DNA of 64,000 bases from Anaeromyxobacteraceae bacterium (lineage in GTDB: Bacteria > Myxococcota > Myxococcia > Myxococcales > Anaeromyxobacteraceae): contig JAULAX010000009.1 in NCBI GenBank assembly GCA_032654565.1, positions 224,001-288,000 of the forward strand, written 5' to 3'. How positions within the stretch are numbered: the first letter of the stretch is position 1; each line of letters begins with the position of its first letter. A program made the position numbers and the translations under genes. Shown one piece after another: positions 36,351 to 45,516 of this stretch. Below the pieces are notes generated by a model. That model saw only the letters and a list, made by a program, of their open reading frames with translations, was not told where the DNA came from and did not search any database.

Positions 36351-36686
36351 ATGTCCAGACTCAGGTTGCCCGTGTCCAGCCTCGCCCGCATCGCCTTCTC
36401 GGGGACCGCGGCCCTCGCCTGCCTCCCCACCGCCCTGGCGGCTCCCACCGCCACCAGCGAGCGCGCCGGGGAGATGCTGGACGACACCGTCATCACCGCC
36501 AAGGTGAAGGCCGCCCTCCTCAACGAGCCGACGCTCAAGTCGTTCCAGATCAGCGTCAAGACCTACAAGGACACCGTCCAGCTGAGCGGCTTCGTCGACT
36601 CGGTGGCCAGCAAGCAGCTGGCCGGCAAGGTGGCCCTGGGGGTCAAGGGCATCGTCGCCCTGAGCAACGACCTGATCGTCAAGTAG
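36351..36686 (+). CDS. BON-domain (OsmY-like) protein
   Basis: DDTVITAKVKAALL...ISVKTYKDTVQLSGFVDS...VKGIVALSNDL. Confidence 0.9.
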   Translation: MSRLRLPVSSLARIAFSGTAALACLPTALAAPTATSERAGEMLDDTVITAKVKAALLNEPTLKSFQISVKTYKDTVQLSGFVDSVASKQLAGKVALGVKGIVALSNDLIVK

Positions 36687-36742
36687 GCCCGGGGCCGCTC
36701 CACCCCTCCTTCACCGGCGGCCCTCCGCCCGGGGAGCACCAC

Positions 36743-37444
36743 ATGCTCGATTCCGACCGGAGGCCCGCCGCCTCCAGCTCCACCCGGCGCCTCGGCGCCC
36801 CCGCCGCCGGGCTCAGCCTGCTGCTGGGCGCGGTCGCCGGGTGCGCCGGCCCGATCGCCTCCCGCACCCCGACCCTGGTGTCGGAGTCCGACTACGCCCG
36901 CGTCCCCGACGACCGGGGCCAGCGCGTCGCCGCGGCGAGGCTGGAGCTGGCGGCCGCCCGCGACGCGCTCGGGCGCGCCAAGCTGAACTTCATCAACGAC
37001 GAGAACGAGGGGGACCTGGCCCGCTCCGACCAGGCGGCCGCCAAGGCCGACCTGAAGCGGGCCGCCTCCGAGACCAAGGCGGGCAAGGCCAGCAACGAGC
37101 CGGCCCTGAAGCAGCGGGCGCTCGACGACACCGCGGCGGCCCAGCTCGACAAGCGCGAGGCCGACACCCGCCTCGCCTACGCCAGGAAGCTCGAGGTCTC
37201 GCGCACCGCCCAGGTGGCGGCCGCGGAGCACAAGGTCACGCTCAGGGTCGAGCAGGTCAACCTGGCCAAGCTCCTGGCCATGGAGGAGGCCGGCGTCCCG
37301 GCCGCTGCCAGGTACGATCGGAAGGCGGCGCTGGAGCGCGTCGCCGAGACCCAGCGGGCCTTCGACGCCGCCCAGGCCCTCGCCGCCAGGGCCGCCAGGG
37401 AGACCGCCGCGGCCAAGGAGCAGCGGCCGCCGCCCGCTCCCTGA
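36743..37444 (+). CDS. Hypothetical coiled-coil lipoprotein
   Basis: SD GGGGAG, lipobox VAGC and an Ala/Lys/Glu-rich helical body. Confidence 0.65.
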   Translation: MLDSDRRPAASSSTRRLGAPAAGLSLLLGAVAGCAGPIASRTPTLVSESDYARVPDDRGQRVAAARLELAAARDALGRAKLNFINDENEGDLARSDQAAAKADLKRAASETKAGKASNEPALKQRALDDTAAAQLDKREADTRLAYARKLEVSRTAQVAAAEHKVTLRVEQVNLAKLLAMEEAGVPAAARYDRKAALERVAETQRAFDAAQALAARAARETAAAKEQRPPPAP

Positions 37445-37555
37445 CCGGCCGTCGCCGCAGGCACCTCACGGCCCCGGTCGACCCCGCGACGGGTCGGCGC
37501 GGGGCCGTCCTCTTCGCCCGCCGGGGTTTCGCCCCGCCGGGGCCGGCCAAGCAGA

Positions 37556-37585
37556 AGGCCCCACGACCGGGTGGTCGTGAGGCCT
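37556..37585 (-). terminator. Hairpin terminator-like element between convergent genes
   Basis: Minus strand AGGCCTCACGACC-ACCC-GGTCGTGGGGCCT followed by TCT; a second hairpin lies near 37468-37508. Confidence 0.5.
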
Positions 37586-37625
37586 GGTCTGCCGGCGCCC
37601 CTCGGGAGGGGCCACGCCGCCGCCG

Positions 37626-39335
37626 CTACGGGATGGTCAGGACGTTGCTCTGCAGCGTCACCGCGGTCTGCGCCAGCGCCCGGCCGTTCAGCGAGGCGCC
37701 GGAGGTGAGGGCGATCTGCGTCTTGGCCAGGATGGTCCCGGCGAAGGCCGCGGTGGTCCCCAGGGTGGCCTGGCCGCCCACCTGCCAGAAGACGTTCTTG
37801 GCCTGGGCCCCGCCGCTCAGCGTGACCTGGACGGCGTCGGAGACCACCAGGTCGATCGCCACCTGGAAGATCCAGACGTCGTTGGCCCCGCCCTGCAGCG
37901 TGATGCTGGTGGGGATGGCCAGGCCGGTGGACCACATGTAGAGGCCGGGGACCAGGACCATGCCGCCGATGCTGCCGGCGCCGTGCTCGGTGAAGTCGGG
38001 CGTGACGCGGCCGGCGGCGTCGGCGTAGGCGATCTCCATGTCACCCACCACGGTGGTCAGGAAGACCGGGTCGTTGATGGCGCAGGGCGACGGGCCGGTG
38101 GCGTCGACCACCAGGATCCGCCCGGTCACCTCCGGGCAGGTCAGGCCGGCGATGGCGGCCCCGTCGATGGGGCTGGTCCCGACGTCGCCGGTGACGGCCG
38201 AGGTGGGGACGTTGGTGATGCCGGTCTTGGAGAGGATGACGAAGGTGGTGGCGCTGCCCAGCGGGACGGGCGCCGGCCCCACGGCCGCCGCGGCGCTGGT
38301 GGTGAAGCTCCAGGTGTGCGCCGCGACCAGGGCGTTGCCGGCCAGGTCCTTGGCGCCGGTGGAGACGGTGGCGGTGTAGACGGTGCCGGCGGCGAGCGGG
38401 CTGGTCGGGACCAGGGTGGCCACGGCGCCGCTCGCGGTCACGGCGGCCGGGACGGCGGTCAGGCCCTGCGCCAGCGTGAAGGTGGCGGTGGTGAGGGTGG
38501 CGGCCTCGACGCCCTCGCTGAAGGTGACGACCACGCTCCGGTTGACGGCCACGCCGACGGCCAGGTTGGCGGGGTCGGTGGAGGCCACGGTGGGCGGGGT
38601 GGTGTCGGGCGCCACGCCGGTGGTGAAGCTCCAGGAGTGCGCCGCGGCCAGGGCGTTGCCGGCCAGGTCCTTGGCGCCGGTGGTGATGGTGGCGGTGTAG
38701 GTGGTGCTGAAGCCGAGGGCGGCGGCCGGGGTCAAGGTGGCGACCAGGCCGGCGTAGGTGACCGCGGCGGTGACCGGGGTGGCGCCCTGCGCCAGCGTGA
38801 CGGTGGACGAGGTGATCGAGGCCGGGGACATGCTCTCGCTGAAGGTGGCGGTGACGCTGCCGTTGACGGCCACCATGGTGGCGGCGTCGCCCGGGACGGT
38901 GGAGGCGACGGTGGGCGGGGTGACGTCGGGGGCCACGCCGGTGGTGAAGCTCCAGATGTGCGGGGTCGCCAGCCCGTTGCCGGCCAGGTCCCTGGCCCCC
39001 ACGGTGATGGTGGCGGTGTAGGTGCTGCTGGCCGCCAGGGCGGCGGTGGGAGCGAAGGTGGCGACGGCGCCGACCAGGGTGACGGTCCCGGCCACGGTCG
39101 CCGCGCCCTTCTTCACCGAGAAGGTGGTGGAGGTGAGGCTGGCGGCCGTCATCGGCTCGCTGAAGGTGGCGGTGACGTTGGCGTTGAAGGCCACCGAGGT
39201 GGCGGCGCTGGCGGGGACGGTGGAGCTCACGGTGGGGGCGGTGGTGTCGCCCGGCACCAGGGTGCTCTCGCCCTGGCAGCCGACGACGGCGGCGCCGAGG
39301 AGCAACGGCAGGAACCACAGCTTGGAGATCGTCAT
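37626..39335 (-). CDS. Ice-binding-family (DUF3494) lipoprotein with three Big_5 Ig-like domains
   Basis: Lipobox VVGC; 3x DxTxPTVxSTxP...WSFTT; C-terminal FVILSKTGI, GDMEIAYADAAGR, PGLY, WIFQ, NVFWQV and GRALAQTAVTL. Confidence 0.88.
   Translation of the reverse strand: MTISKLWFLPLLLGAAVVGCQGESTLVPGDTTAPTVSSTVPASAATSVAFNANVTATFSEPMTAASLTSTTFSVKKGAATVAGTVTLVGAVATFAPTAALAASSTYTATITVGARDLAGNGLATPHIWSFTTGVAPDVTPPTVASTVPGDAATMVAVNGSVTATFSESMSPASITSSTVTLAQGATPVTAAVTYAGLVATLTPAAALGFSTTYTATITTGAKDLAGNALAAAHSWSFTTGVAPDTTPPTVASTDPANLAVGVAVNRSVVVTFSEGVEAATLTTATFTLAQGLTAVPAAVTASGAVATLVPTSPLAAGTVYTATVSTGAKDLAGNALVAAHTWSFTTSAAAAVGPAPVPLGSATTFVILSKTGITNVPTSAVTGDVGTSPIDGAAIAGLTCPEVTGRILVVDATGPSPCAINDPVFLTTVVGDMEIAYADAAGRVTPDFTEHGAGSIGGMVLVPGLYMWSTGLAIPTSITLQGGANDVWIFQVAIDLVVSDAVQVTLSGGAQAKNVFWQVGGQATLGTTAAFAGTILAKTQIALTSGASLNGRALAQTAVTLQSNVLTIP
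38286..39248 (-). repeat. Three intragenic 321-bp (107-aa) Ig-like repeats
   Basis: The repeat-initial Asp codons at 39248, 38927 and 38606 are exactly 321 bp apart; shared GA(K/R)DLAGN and HxWSFTT. Confidence 0.85.
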
Positions 39336-39526
39336 GTGAAGTACCTCTCGAACGGCATGGGTGGTCGGACGGCTGGTGCGGTGTCACGGTCGCGGTCGAG
39401 CCGGCGCCGGCCTGCGCCGCGGCGTGCGGTGCAGCGCGACGCCGCGAACTTCCGCTGGCGCGAGTCGGCGAGGAGCGGGGTGGAGCGGCACTTCGCCGAG
39501 TGCCCTCTCTTCGTGAGTGACCTCGT

Positions 39527-39542
39527 TGCACCCCCCGGGCCA
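39527..39542 (-). promoter_or_regulatory. Candidate sigma54 promoter for the ice-binding gene
   Basis: Minus strand TGGCCCGGGGGGTGCA, canonical GG/GC spacing. Confidence 0.45.
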
Positions 39543-39626
39543 GCGAGGCGGCCGGGCAGGACAGGCCCGATTCCAGGGGCCATGGGGTCGGCGCGACCGT
39601 CTCGGATGGCCCGGCCGGTCCCGACT

Positions 39627-39663
39627 CCATCAGAATCGATGGGCGAGTCGGTCGTTCTGATGG
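39627..39663. promoter_or_regulatory. Inverted-repeat enhancer-like element between divergent sigma54 promoters
   Basis: CCATCAGAA...TTCTGATGG (perfect 9-bp arms); also CCATC-N6-GATGG. Confidence 0.4.
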
Positions 39664-39739
39664 GACGCGCCGGGGCCCGGGCCGGCGACGGGGTGCTGGA
39701 AGGCGCGGTGGCGCTGGCGATGGGTGGCCCCGGCGGATG

Positions 39740-39755
39740 TGGCCCGGGAGTTGCT
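39740..39755 (+). promoter_or_regulatory. sigma54 promoter for the peptide/C39 operon
   Basis: TGGCCCGGGAGTTGCT, 14/16 identical to the flgF promoter. Confidence 0.6.
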
Positions 39756-39813
39756 CTTCTCCGCAGGCTGAGGCGCACAACGCCGCGCCGACCAACCACC
39801 AAAAGGATCGACC

Positions 39814-40095
39814 ATGATCACCGCTCGCCGCCTCGCCTCCCTCTTCATCGCCGCCGCCCTGTCCCTCGCCCTTCCCTTCGCCGCCCAGGCTGAGCCGACC
39901 GCCCCGGTGGAGACCAGCAGCGCCCGGCAGGAGCCGTCCGCCCCGGCCTCCGCCCCCGCCGGTGACGAGCAGTACGCCGGGCGCGAGGCCGCCAGCCAGT
40001 CGGCCGCGGACTTCAAGGGCGGCGACGCCATCATCATCACCAGCAGCGTCCTGGTCGTGGTCCTGGTCGTCGTCCTCATCCTCGTCATCCTGTGA
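39814..40095 (+). CDS. Small exported protein with double-glycine motif and hydrophobic C-terminal tail
   Basis: Sec signal ending AQA, acidic linker, then FKGG and DAIIITSSVLVVVLVVVLILVIL; SD AAAGGA. Confidence 0.75.
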   Translation: MITARRLASLFIAAALSLALPFAAQAEPTAPVETSSARQEPSAPASAPAGDEQYAGREAASQSAADFKGGDAIIITSSVLVVVLVVVLILVIL

Positions 40096-40691
40096 ACCCG
40101 AGCACCGCCGCCGCCGCGGCGCTCGCCCTGGTGAGCGCCACCGGGTGTGTCTCGCTGGGCGGACGCTCCCGGACGTTCGACGAGAGCCGACTCGACCACG
40201 CCGAGGGGTGGACGGTCGCCGCGTCCACCCCGGCGGTGCTGCAGGTGGGCTCGAAGGACTGCGGCGCGGCGGCGCTGGCGATGGTGGCGGGGAGGTGGCG
40301 CGTGCCGCTCTCCCTGGAGGGGGCCACCACCGCCCTCGACGGGATCGCCGCGGCGACCCCCGGCTCGCGGGCGGAGGGCGCCCGGCTCGGCGACCTCCGG
40401 GACGTGGCGCGGGCCCACGGGCTGACCGCCTACGCGGTCAAGGGGGATCGCGACATGCTGCTCTACGAGCTGCGCACCGGCCGCCCGGTGGTGGTCGGGG
40501 TCCTCATCCCGCACTCCCTGGGGCGGGCGCGCAGCCACTACGAGGTGGTGGTGGCCATGAACGCCGTCGACGACCAGTACGTGACCATCGATCCCGCCCG
40601 CGGCTGGCGGGTCCGCAGCTGGACGGAGCTCGACGCCGAGTGGCTCCCCGCGGGCCGGCCGGCGCTGGTGGTGACCGGCATCACCCAATGA
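40092..40691 (+). CDS. C39-like cysteine peptidase lipoprotein
   Basis: Lipobox ATGC; LQVGSKDCGAAALAMV, HYEVVV and IDPARG (Q/C/H/D residues); GTGA overlap with the upstream gene. Confidence 0.82.
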   Translation: MNPSTAAAAALALVSATGCVSLGGRSRTFDESRLDHAEGWTVAASTPAVLQVGSKDCGAAALAMVAGRWRVPLSLEGATTALDGIAAATPGSRAEGARLGDLRDVARAHGLTAYAVKGDRDMLLYELRTGRPVVVGVLIPHSLGRARSHYEVVVAMNAVDDQYVTIDPARGWRVRSWTELDAEWLPAGRPALVVTGITQ

Positions 40692-40911
40692 CGTCCCCCC
40701 GCCACCCCGGAGGTCACGCTTTTCCGGGTCGGCTATCTATTGGGACCCAAAGGGAACAGGGTGAAGCCATCGGTCCCGGCGCGGCGGGACCATCGAAGTC
40801 CCCGCCGCCTCGCCGAGCCGACCTGTCCGGAGCCGCCCGGTCCATCGCCGGCCCCGACCCGGGGACGTCGATGACGGGGGCCGCCAGGAGCACCAGGGAG
40901 CCGCTGCGCAC

Positions 40912-41823
40912 ATGATCAGCAAGTCCGACATCCTCCGCGGCAAGATCCTCATCGTCGACGATCTGCCGGCCAACGTCCTGCTGCTCGAGCAGACGCTGCG
41001 CGGGGCCGGCTACCTCTCGGTCACCTCCACCATGGAGTCGGGGAAGGTCTGCGAGCTCCACCTCCTGAACCGCTACGACCTGATCCTGCTCGACCTGCAG
41101 ATGCCCGGCATGGACGGGTTCCAGGTGATGGAGAACCTCAAGGAGATCGAGACCAGCGGCTACCTCCCGGTCCTGGTGGTGACGGCGCTGCCGGGCCACA
41201 AGCTCCGCGCCCTGCGCTCCGGGGCCAGGGACTTCGTCAGCAAGCCGCTCGACCTCGCCGAGGTGCTGATCCGCGTCCACAACATGCTGGAGGTGCGCCT
41301 GCTGCACCTGGAGTCGAGCCGGCTCTACCAGCGGGTCCTGGCCGAGCAGGAGGTGTCGAAGCGGCTCCTGCTCGACACCCTGCCCCGCTCCATCGCCGCC
41401 AGCATGAAGCGCCACCCCGGGGCCGCCGACGACGCCCCGACCGAGCTGGTCACCGGGAGCTACGCCGAGGTGACGGTGCTGTTCTCCGACATCCTCGCCT
41501 TCACCCGGTTCGCCGAGGGGGCCAGCGCCCAGGTGCTGACCGGCGTCCTCGACGGCCTCTCGACCCGCTTCGACGCCCTCGAAGGCCACGCCGCCTTCGA
41601 CCGGACCAGGACCATCGGCGAGGCCTACCTGGCCGCCCTGGGGCTCACCGACAAGGTCACCGCCCGCTCCATCCAGGCCTCGGAGAAGGCGATCGAGCTG
41701 GTCGAGGCCCTGGACCGCTTCAATGGTCACAGCCGCTACCAGCTGAAGATGCGCATCGGCCTCGACGGCGGCGGGAAGAAGGCCCGCAAGGGCGCCGCGC
41801 CCGGCTCCCGGCACGACGTCTGA
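40912..41823 (+). CDS. Response regulator receiver fused to a truncated class III cyclase domain
   Basis: ILIVDD, LLDLQMPGMDG and FVSKP, then VTVLFSDILAFT, RTIGEAY and MRIGL; ends HDV-stop. Confidence 0.8.
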   Translation: MISKSDILRGKILIVDDLPANVLLLEQTLRGAGYLSVTSTMESGKVCELHLLNRYDLILLDLQMPGMDGFQVMENLKEIETSGYLPVLVVTALPGHKLRALRSGARDFVSKPLDLAEVLIRVHNMLEVRLLHLESSRLYQRVLAEQEVSKRLLLDTLPRSIAASMKRHPGAADDAPTELVTGSYAEVTVLFSDILAFTRFAEGASAQVLTGVLDGLSTRFDALEGHAAFDRTRTIGEAYLAALGLTDKVTARSIQASEKAIELVEALDRFNGHSRYQLKMRIGLDGGGKKARKGAAPGSRHDV

Positions 41824-41859
41824 GGCGCTGGGCCGGGTGGCCGGTTAAGGTAGGGGGCG

Positions 41860-42960
<1,101 letters not shown>

Positions 42961-43043
42961 AGCGGCCCTTCCCCAGGCCTTGGGGGGGCCGCCACGGCTC
43001 GACGCTGCTCGGCCGGCCCTGGCCGTGACCCCGCGCGGCGACC

Positions 43044-44861
43044 TCACTCCCGCATCAGCGAGCGGATCACCTTCACCGGGGCGCTGCCGTAGGAGAGGAA
43101 GCGGTCGTGGAAGGCGCGCAGCCTGAAGGCCGGGCCGAGCCGCGCCCGCTCCTCGCCGCGCAGCACCAGGAGCTGCGTGAAGCCGTCGAAGTAGGTCATC
43201 AGCTGGGTCTGCGTGAGCGTGACCCGCTTCCACTTCTCGGTCGCCTCCGCCTCCGACTGGAAGGCCTCCCGCCGCAGCAGCTCGATGGCGCCGGCCCGGT
43301 CCAGGGTGCCGGCGTGCACCTCGCGGTCGAGGATGGTGTTGACCGCCACCCGCAGCTCCATCTTCAGCTCCATGAGCCAGAGCTCCGGCGCGTTGTCGCC
43401 CCAGCCGGCCTCCAGCATCATCCGCTGGGCGTAGACCGCCCACCCCTCCACCATGGCGCCGCTCCCGAAGGCGGTCTTGACCACGCTGGGGTTCCGGTTG
43501 CTGTGGATGGCCTGCACGTAGTGCCCCGGCACCGCCTCGTGGATGTCGAGGATCTGCAGCATCCAGTCGTTGTACTCCCGCAGGAACGACTCGGCGTCCC
43601 CGGCCGCCGGCGTGGTGACGTTGTAGTAGGAGCGCACCCCCGGGTCGTAGGGACCGGGCGCGTCGAGCCCGGCGCCCGCCACGCCGCGCTGGTAGGCCGG
43701 GGTCTCGCGGACCGTGAGCGGCTTGGTGGGATCCTGGTCCACCAGGTCACGCTCGCGCACGAAGACCTCCAGCGCCGCGACCTCGCCGCGGACCTTGGTC
43801 AGGAGCTGGTCCGGCGCCACGTGGTGCCGACCGAGCGCCTCGATGACCGCCCCGATGAGCTGGAGCCGGTCCTGCGGCATGGGCTGGCCGGGCAGGTGCC
43901 TGGGCCAGAGGGTCCGGGCCAGCAGCTCCATCTGGTCCTGCAGGTTGGCCTTCTCGACCAGGGCGCGCCGGTAGAGCTGCTCGGCGGTGAGGATCGACTG
44001 GCCCTGGAGCGCGAACTTGCGATCGTGGAGCGCCCTGCCGATGCGGAAGGAGCGGGCTCCACCCGTGGCCAGCCGCCCCTCCAGGGCCTTGAGGTAGGCC
44101 AGGTGGCCCTCGATGGCGCGGCGAGCCTCCAGCACCCGGACGCGGAGGGTGGCCTTCTCGTCGGCCTCCAGCGGGGCGCCGTCCACCCTGGCGAGCAGGT
44201 CGTCGCCGAAGACCCCCAGGGCGCCCGTGTTCTGCAGGATCGCCAGCTGGGTGTGCTCCAGCGTGGGGGTCTCCAGGCTGGCCCGCGCCGCCGCGTAGTA
44301 GGCCGGCACCAGGACCAGGCGGGCCGAGACGTCACGGAGGCGCTGGGGGAGCGGGGCGTACTCGACGTCGAGCATGCGGGCGAACCCGTCGCCCACGTTG
44401 TACTGGGAGGGCTGCCAGGCCCACTCCCTGAAGGTCTGGAGGGACCAGCGCTCGCTCTCGAGCTGCGTGCGCAGCAGCTCGAGGTCGACGCGGTGGGAGG
44501 TGTCGAGCCGCTTCGGCGAGAAGGTGGCCAGCGTCCGGAGCGAGCGATCGTGGAAGGCCGCCAGCGACCTCCGCCAGGCGGCGTCCGGCGCCGGCAGGGT
44601 GGCGGCGTACTTGTAATAGCCGAGCGCGAAGGCCCACTCGGGGTTGAGCTTCCAGTAGGCGTCCAGCGTCTCGCCGACGAAGCGGGCGAAGCGCTGGTCC
44701 TCCGCCGAGGCGGTGGGGGGCGTCGCGGTCGCCGGGGCGGCGACGGGCGCGGCGACGGGCGCGGCGGGGGAGGCGACGGCGGGGGCGGCCACCGGCGCAG
44801 CGGGCGCGGCGGGCGCGGCGAGGAGCGTGGCGGCGACGAGCAACGGCGCGAGGGCGGTCAT
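43044..44861 (-). CDS. DUF885 family exported protein (metallopeptidase-like)
   Basis: Signal peptide; HEAVPGHYVQ, EGWAVY and FHDRFLSYGSAP. Confidence 0.85.
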   Translation of the reverse strand: MTALAPLLVAATLLAAPAAPAAPVAAPAVASPAAPVAAPVAAPATATPPTASAEDQRFARFVGETLDAYWKLNPEWAFALGYYKYAATLPAPDAAWRRSLAAFHDRSLRTLATFSPKRLDTSHRVDLELLRTQLESERWSLQTFREWAWQPSQYNVGDGFARMLDVEYAPLPQRLRDVSARLVLVPAYYAAARASLETPTLEHTQLAILQNTGALGVFGDDLLARVDGAPLEADEKATLRVRVLEARRAIEGHLAYLKALEGRLATGGARSFRIGRALHDRKFALQGQSILTAEQLYRRALVEKANLQDQMELLARTLWPRHLPGQPMPQDRLQLIGAVIEALGRHHVAPDQLLTKVRGEVAALEVFVRERDLVDQDPTKPLTVRETPAYQRGVAGAGLDAPGPYDPGVRSYYNVTTPAAGDAESFLREYNDWMLQILDIHEAVPGHYVQAIHSNRNPSVVKTAFGSGAMVEGWAVYAQRMMLEAGWGDNAPELWLMELKMELRVAVNTILDREVHAGTLDRAGAIELLRREAFQSEAEATEKWKRVTLTQTQLMTYFDGFTQLLVLRGEERARLGPAFRLRAFHDRFLSYGSAPVKVIRSLMRE

Positions 44862-44889
44862 GGGACCCCTTGGACGTGTGGTGGAAACG

Positions 44890-44923
44890 AAAAACCCCGC
44901 CAACGGGACGAGCGCTGGCGGGG
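44890..44923 (-). terminator. Rho-independent terminator after tRNA-Glu
   Basis: Minus strand CCCCGCCAGCG-CTCGTCC-CGTTGGCGGGG-TTTTT. Confidence 0.85.
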
Positions 44924-44927
44924 ATGA

Positions 44928-45002
44928 TGGTGACCCCTACGGGAATTGAACCCATGTCTTCGCCGTGAGAGGGCGACGTCCTAACCGCTAGACTAAGGGG
45001 CC
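44928..45002 (-). tRNA. tRNA-Glu(CTC), CCA encoded
   Basis: Cloverleaf GGCCCCT...TCGCC-CT-CTC-AC-GGCGA...GGTTCAATTCC...AGGGGTCACCA. Confidence 0.95.
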
Positions 45003-45015
45003 GGGAAGCCGGCCT

Positions 45016-45044
45016 TCTGTACCCTCTCGCGTTGCGGCAGTCAA
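45016..45044 (-). promoter_or_regulatory. sigma70-type promoter for tRNA-Glu in the inter-tRNA spacer
   Basis: TTGACT-N17-TACAGA on the minus strand. Confidence 0.55.
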
Positions 45045-45071
45045 CGCTCCAGGGTGGTTTCCAGCGTGAAG

Positions 45072-45142
45072 CTGGGGGACAAGGATTCGAACCTTGATAG
45101 CCAGATCCAGAGACTGGCGTCCTGCCGTTAGACGATCCCCCA
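45072..45142 (-). tRNA. tRNA-Gln(CTG), CCA not encoded
   Basis: TGGGGGA...CCAGT-CT-CTG-GA-TCTGG...GGTTCGAATCC...TCCCCCAG. Confidence 0.93.
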
Positions 45143-45150
45143 AGAAGAGG

Positions 45151-45501
45151 TCATGACTTCGTTTTCACCAGGATGAAGAGGCGGGTCTCGCCCTTCAGCT
45201 CGTACAGGTTCAGCCCTTCCCAACTCCCCGGCTTGGCCTCCGGGTTCTCGATGTGCACGGCCTTCACGCCGGGCTGGTCGGCGATGGGCCGCCGGGGGTG
45301 CTTCCCCGGTGGCAGGGCGGTCCGGAAGTACCTGAGCGCCTCCTCGTACTTCCGGTCAACCTGGTACCGGTTCTCCCCGATGCGCCTCGCGTCGTCCGGG
45401 AGGGTCAGCCCGGCCACCTTCTCGGCCAGGGAAACGCCCGGAAACGCCACGAGGAGCGCGGCGAGAGCGGCCTTATATCGGGGGGCACCGGTCATGGTCA
45501 A
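45151..45501 (-). CDS. Hypothetical exported protein
   Basis: Signal peptide-like N-terminus; globular 116-aa body (WEGLNLYE). Confidence 0.65.
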   Translation of the reverse strand: MTMTGAPRYKAALAALLVAFPGVSLAEKVAGLTLPDDARRIGENRYQVDRKYEEALRYFRTALPPGKHPRRPIADQPGVKAVHIENPEAKPGSWEGLNLYELKGETRLFILVKTKS

Positions 45502-45516
45502 GTGGCGCGCGCGCCC

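Noticed and set aside
38286..39248. Regularly spaced repeats as a CRISPR array
   Set aside because: The period is 321 bp and the repeats are coding Ig-like domains; no cas genes are present.
40692..40911. Alternative hairpins upstream of the REC-cyclase gene as a riboswitch
   Set aside because: No recognisable aptamer consensus; GC-rich hairpins arise easily by chance. An Rfam search would be needed.
41821..41853. Possible selenocysteine or read-through at HDV-TGA
   Set aside because: The homologous residue is Trp, not Cys, and read-through adds only GAGPGGRLR before a TAG, without restoring the cyclase motifs.
44928..45142. tRNAs as an integration site for a genomic island
   Set aside because: No integrase or transposase, no duplicated tRNA 3' end noticed, and no obvious composition shift next to them.
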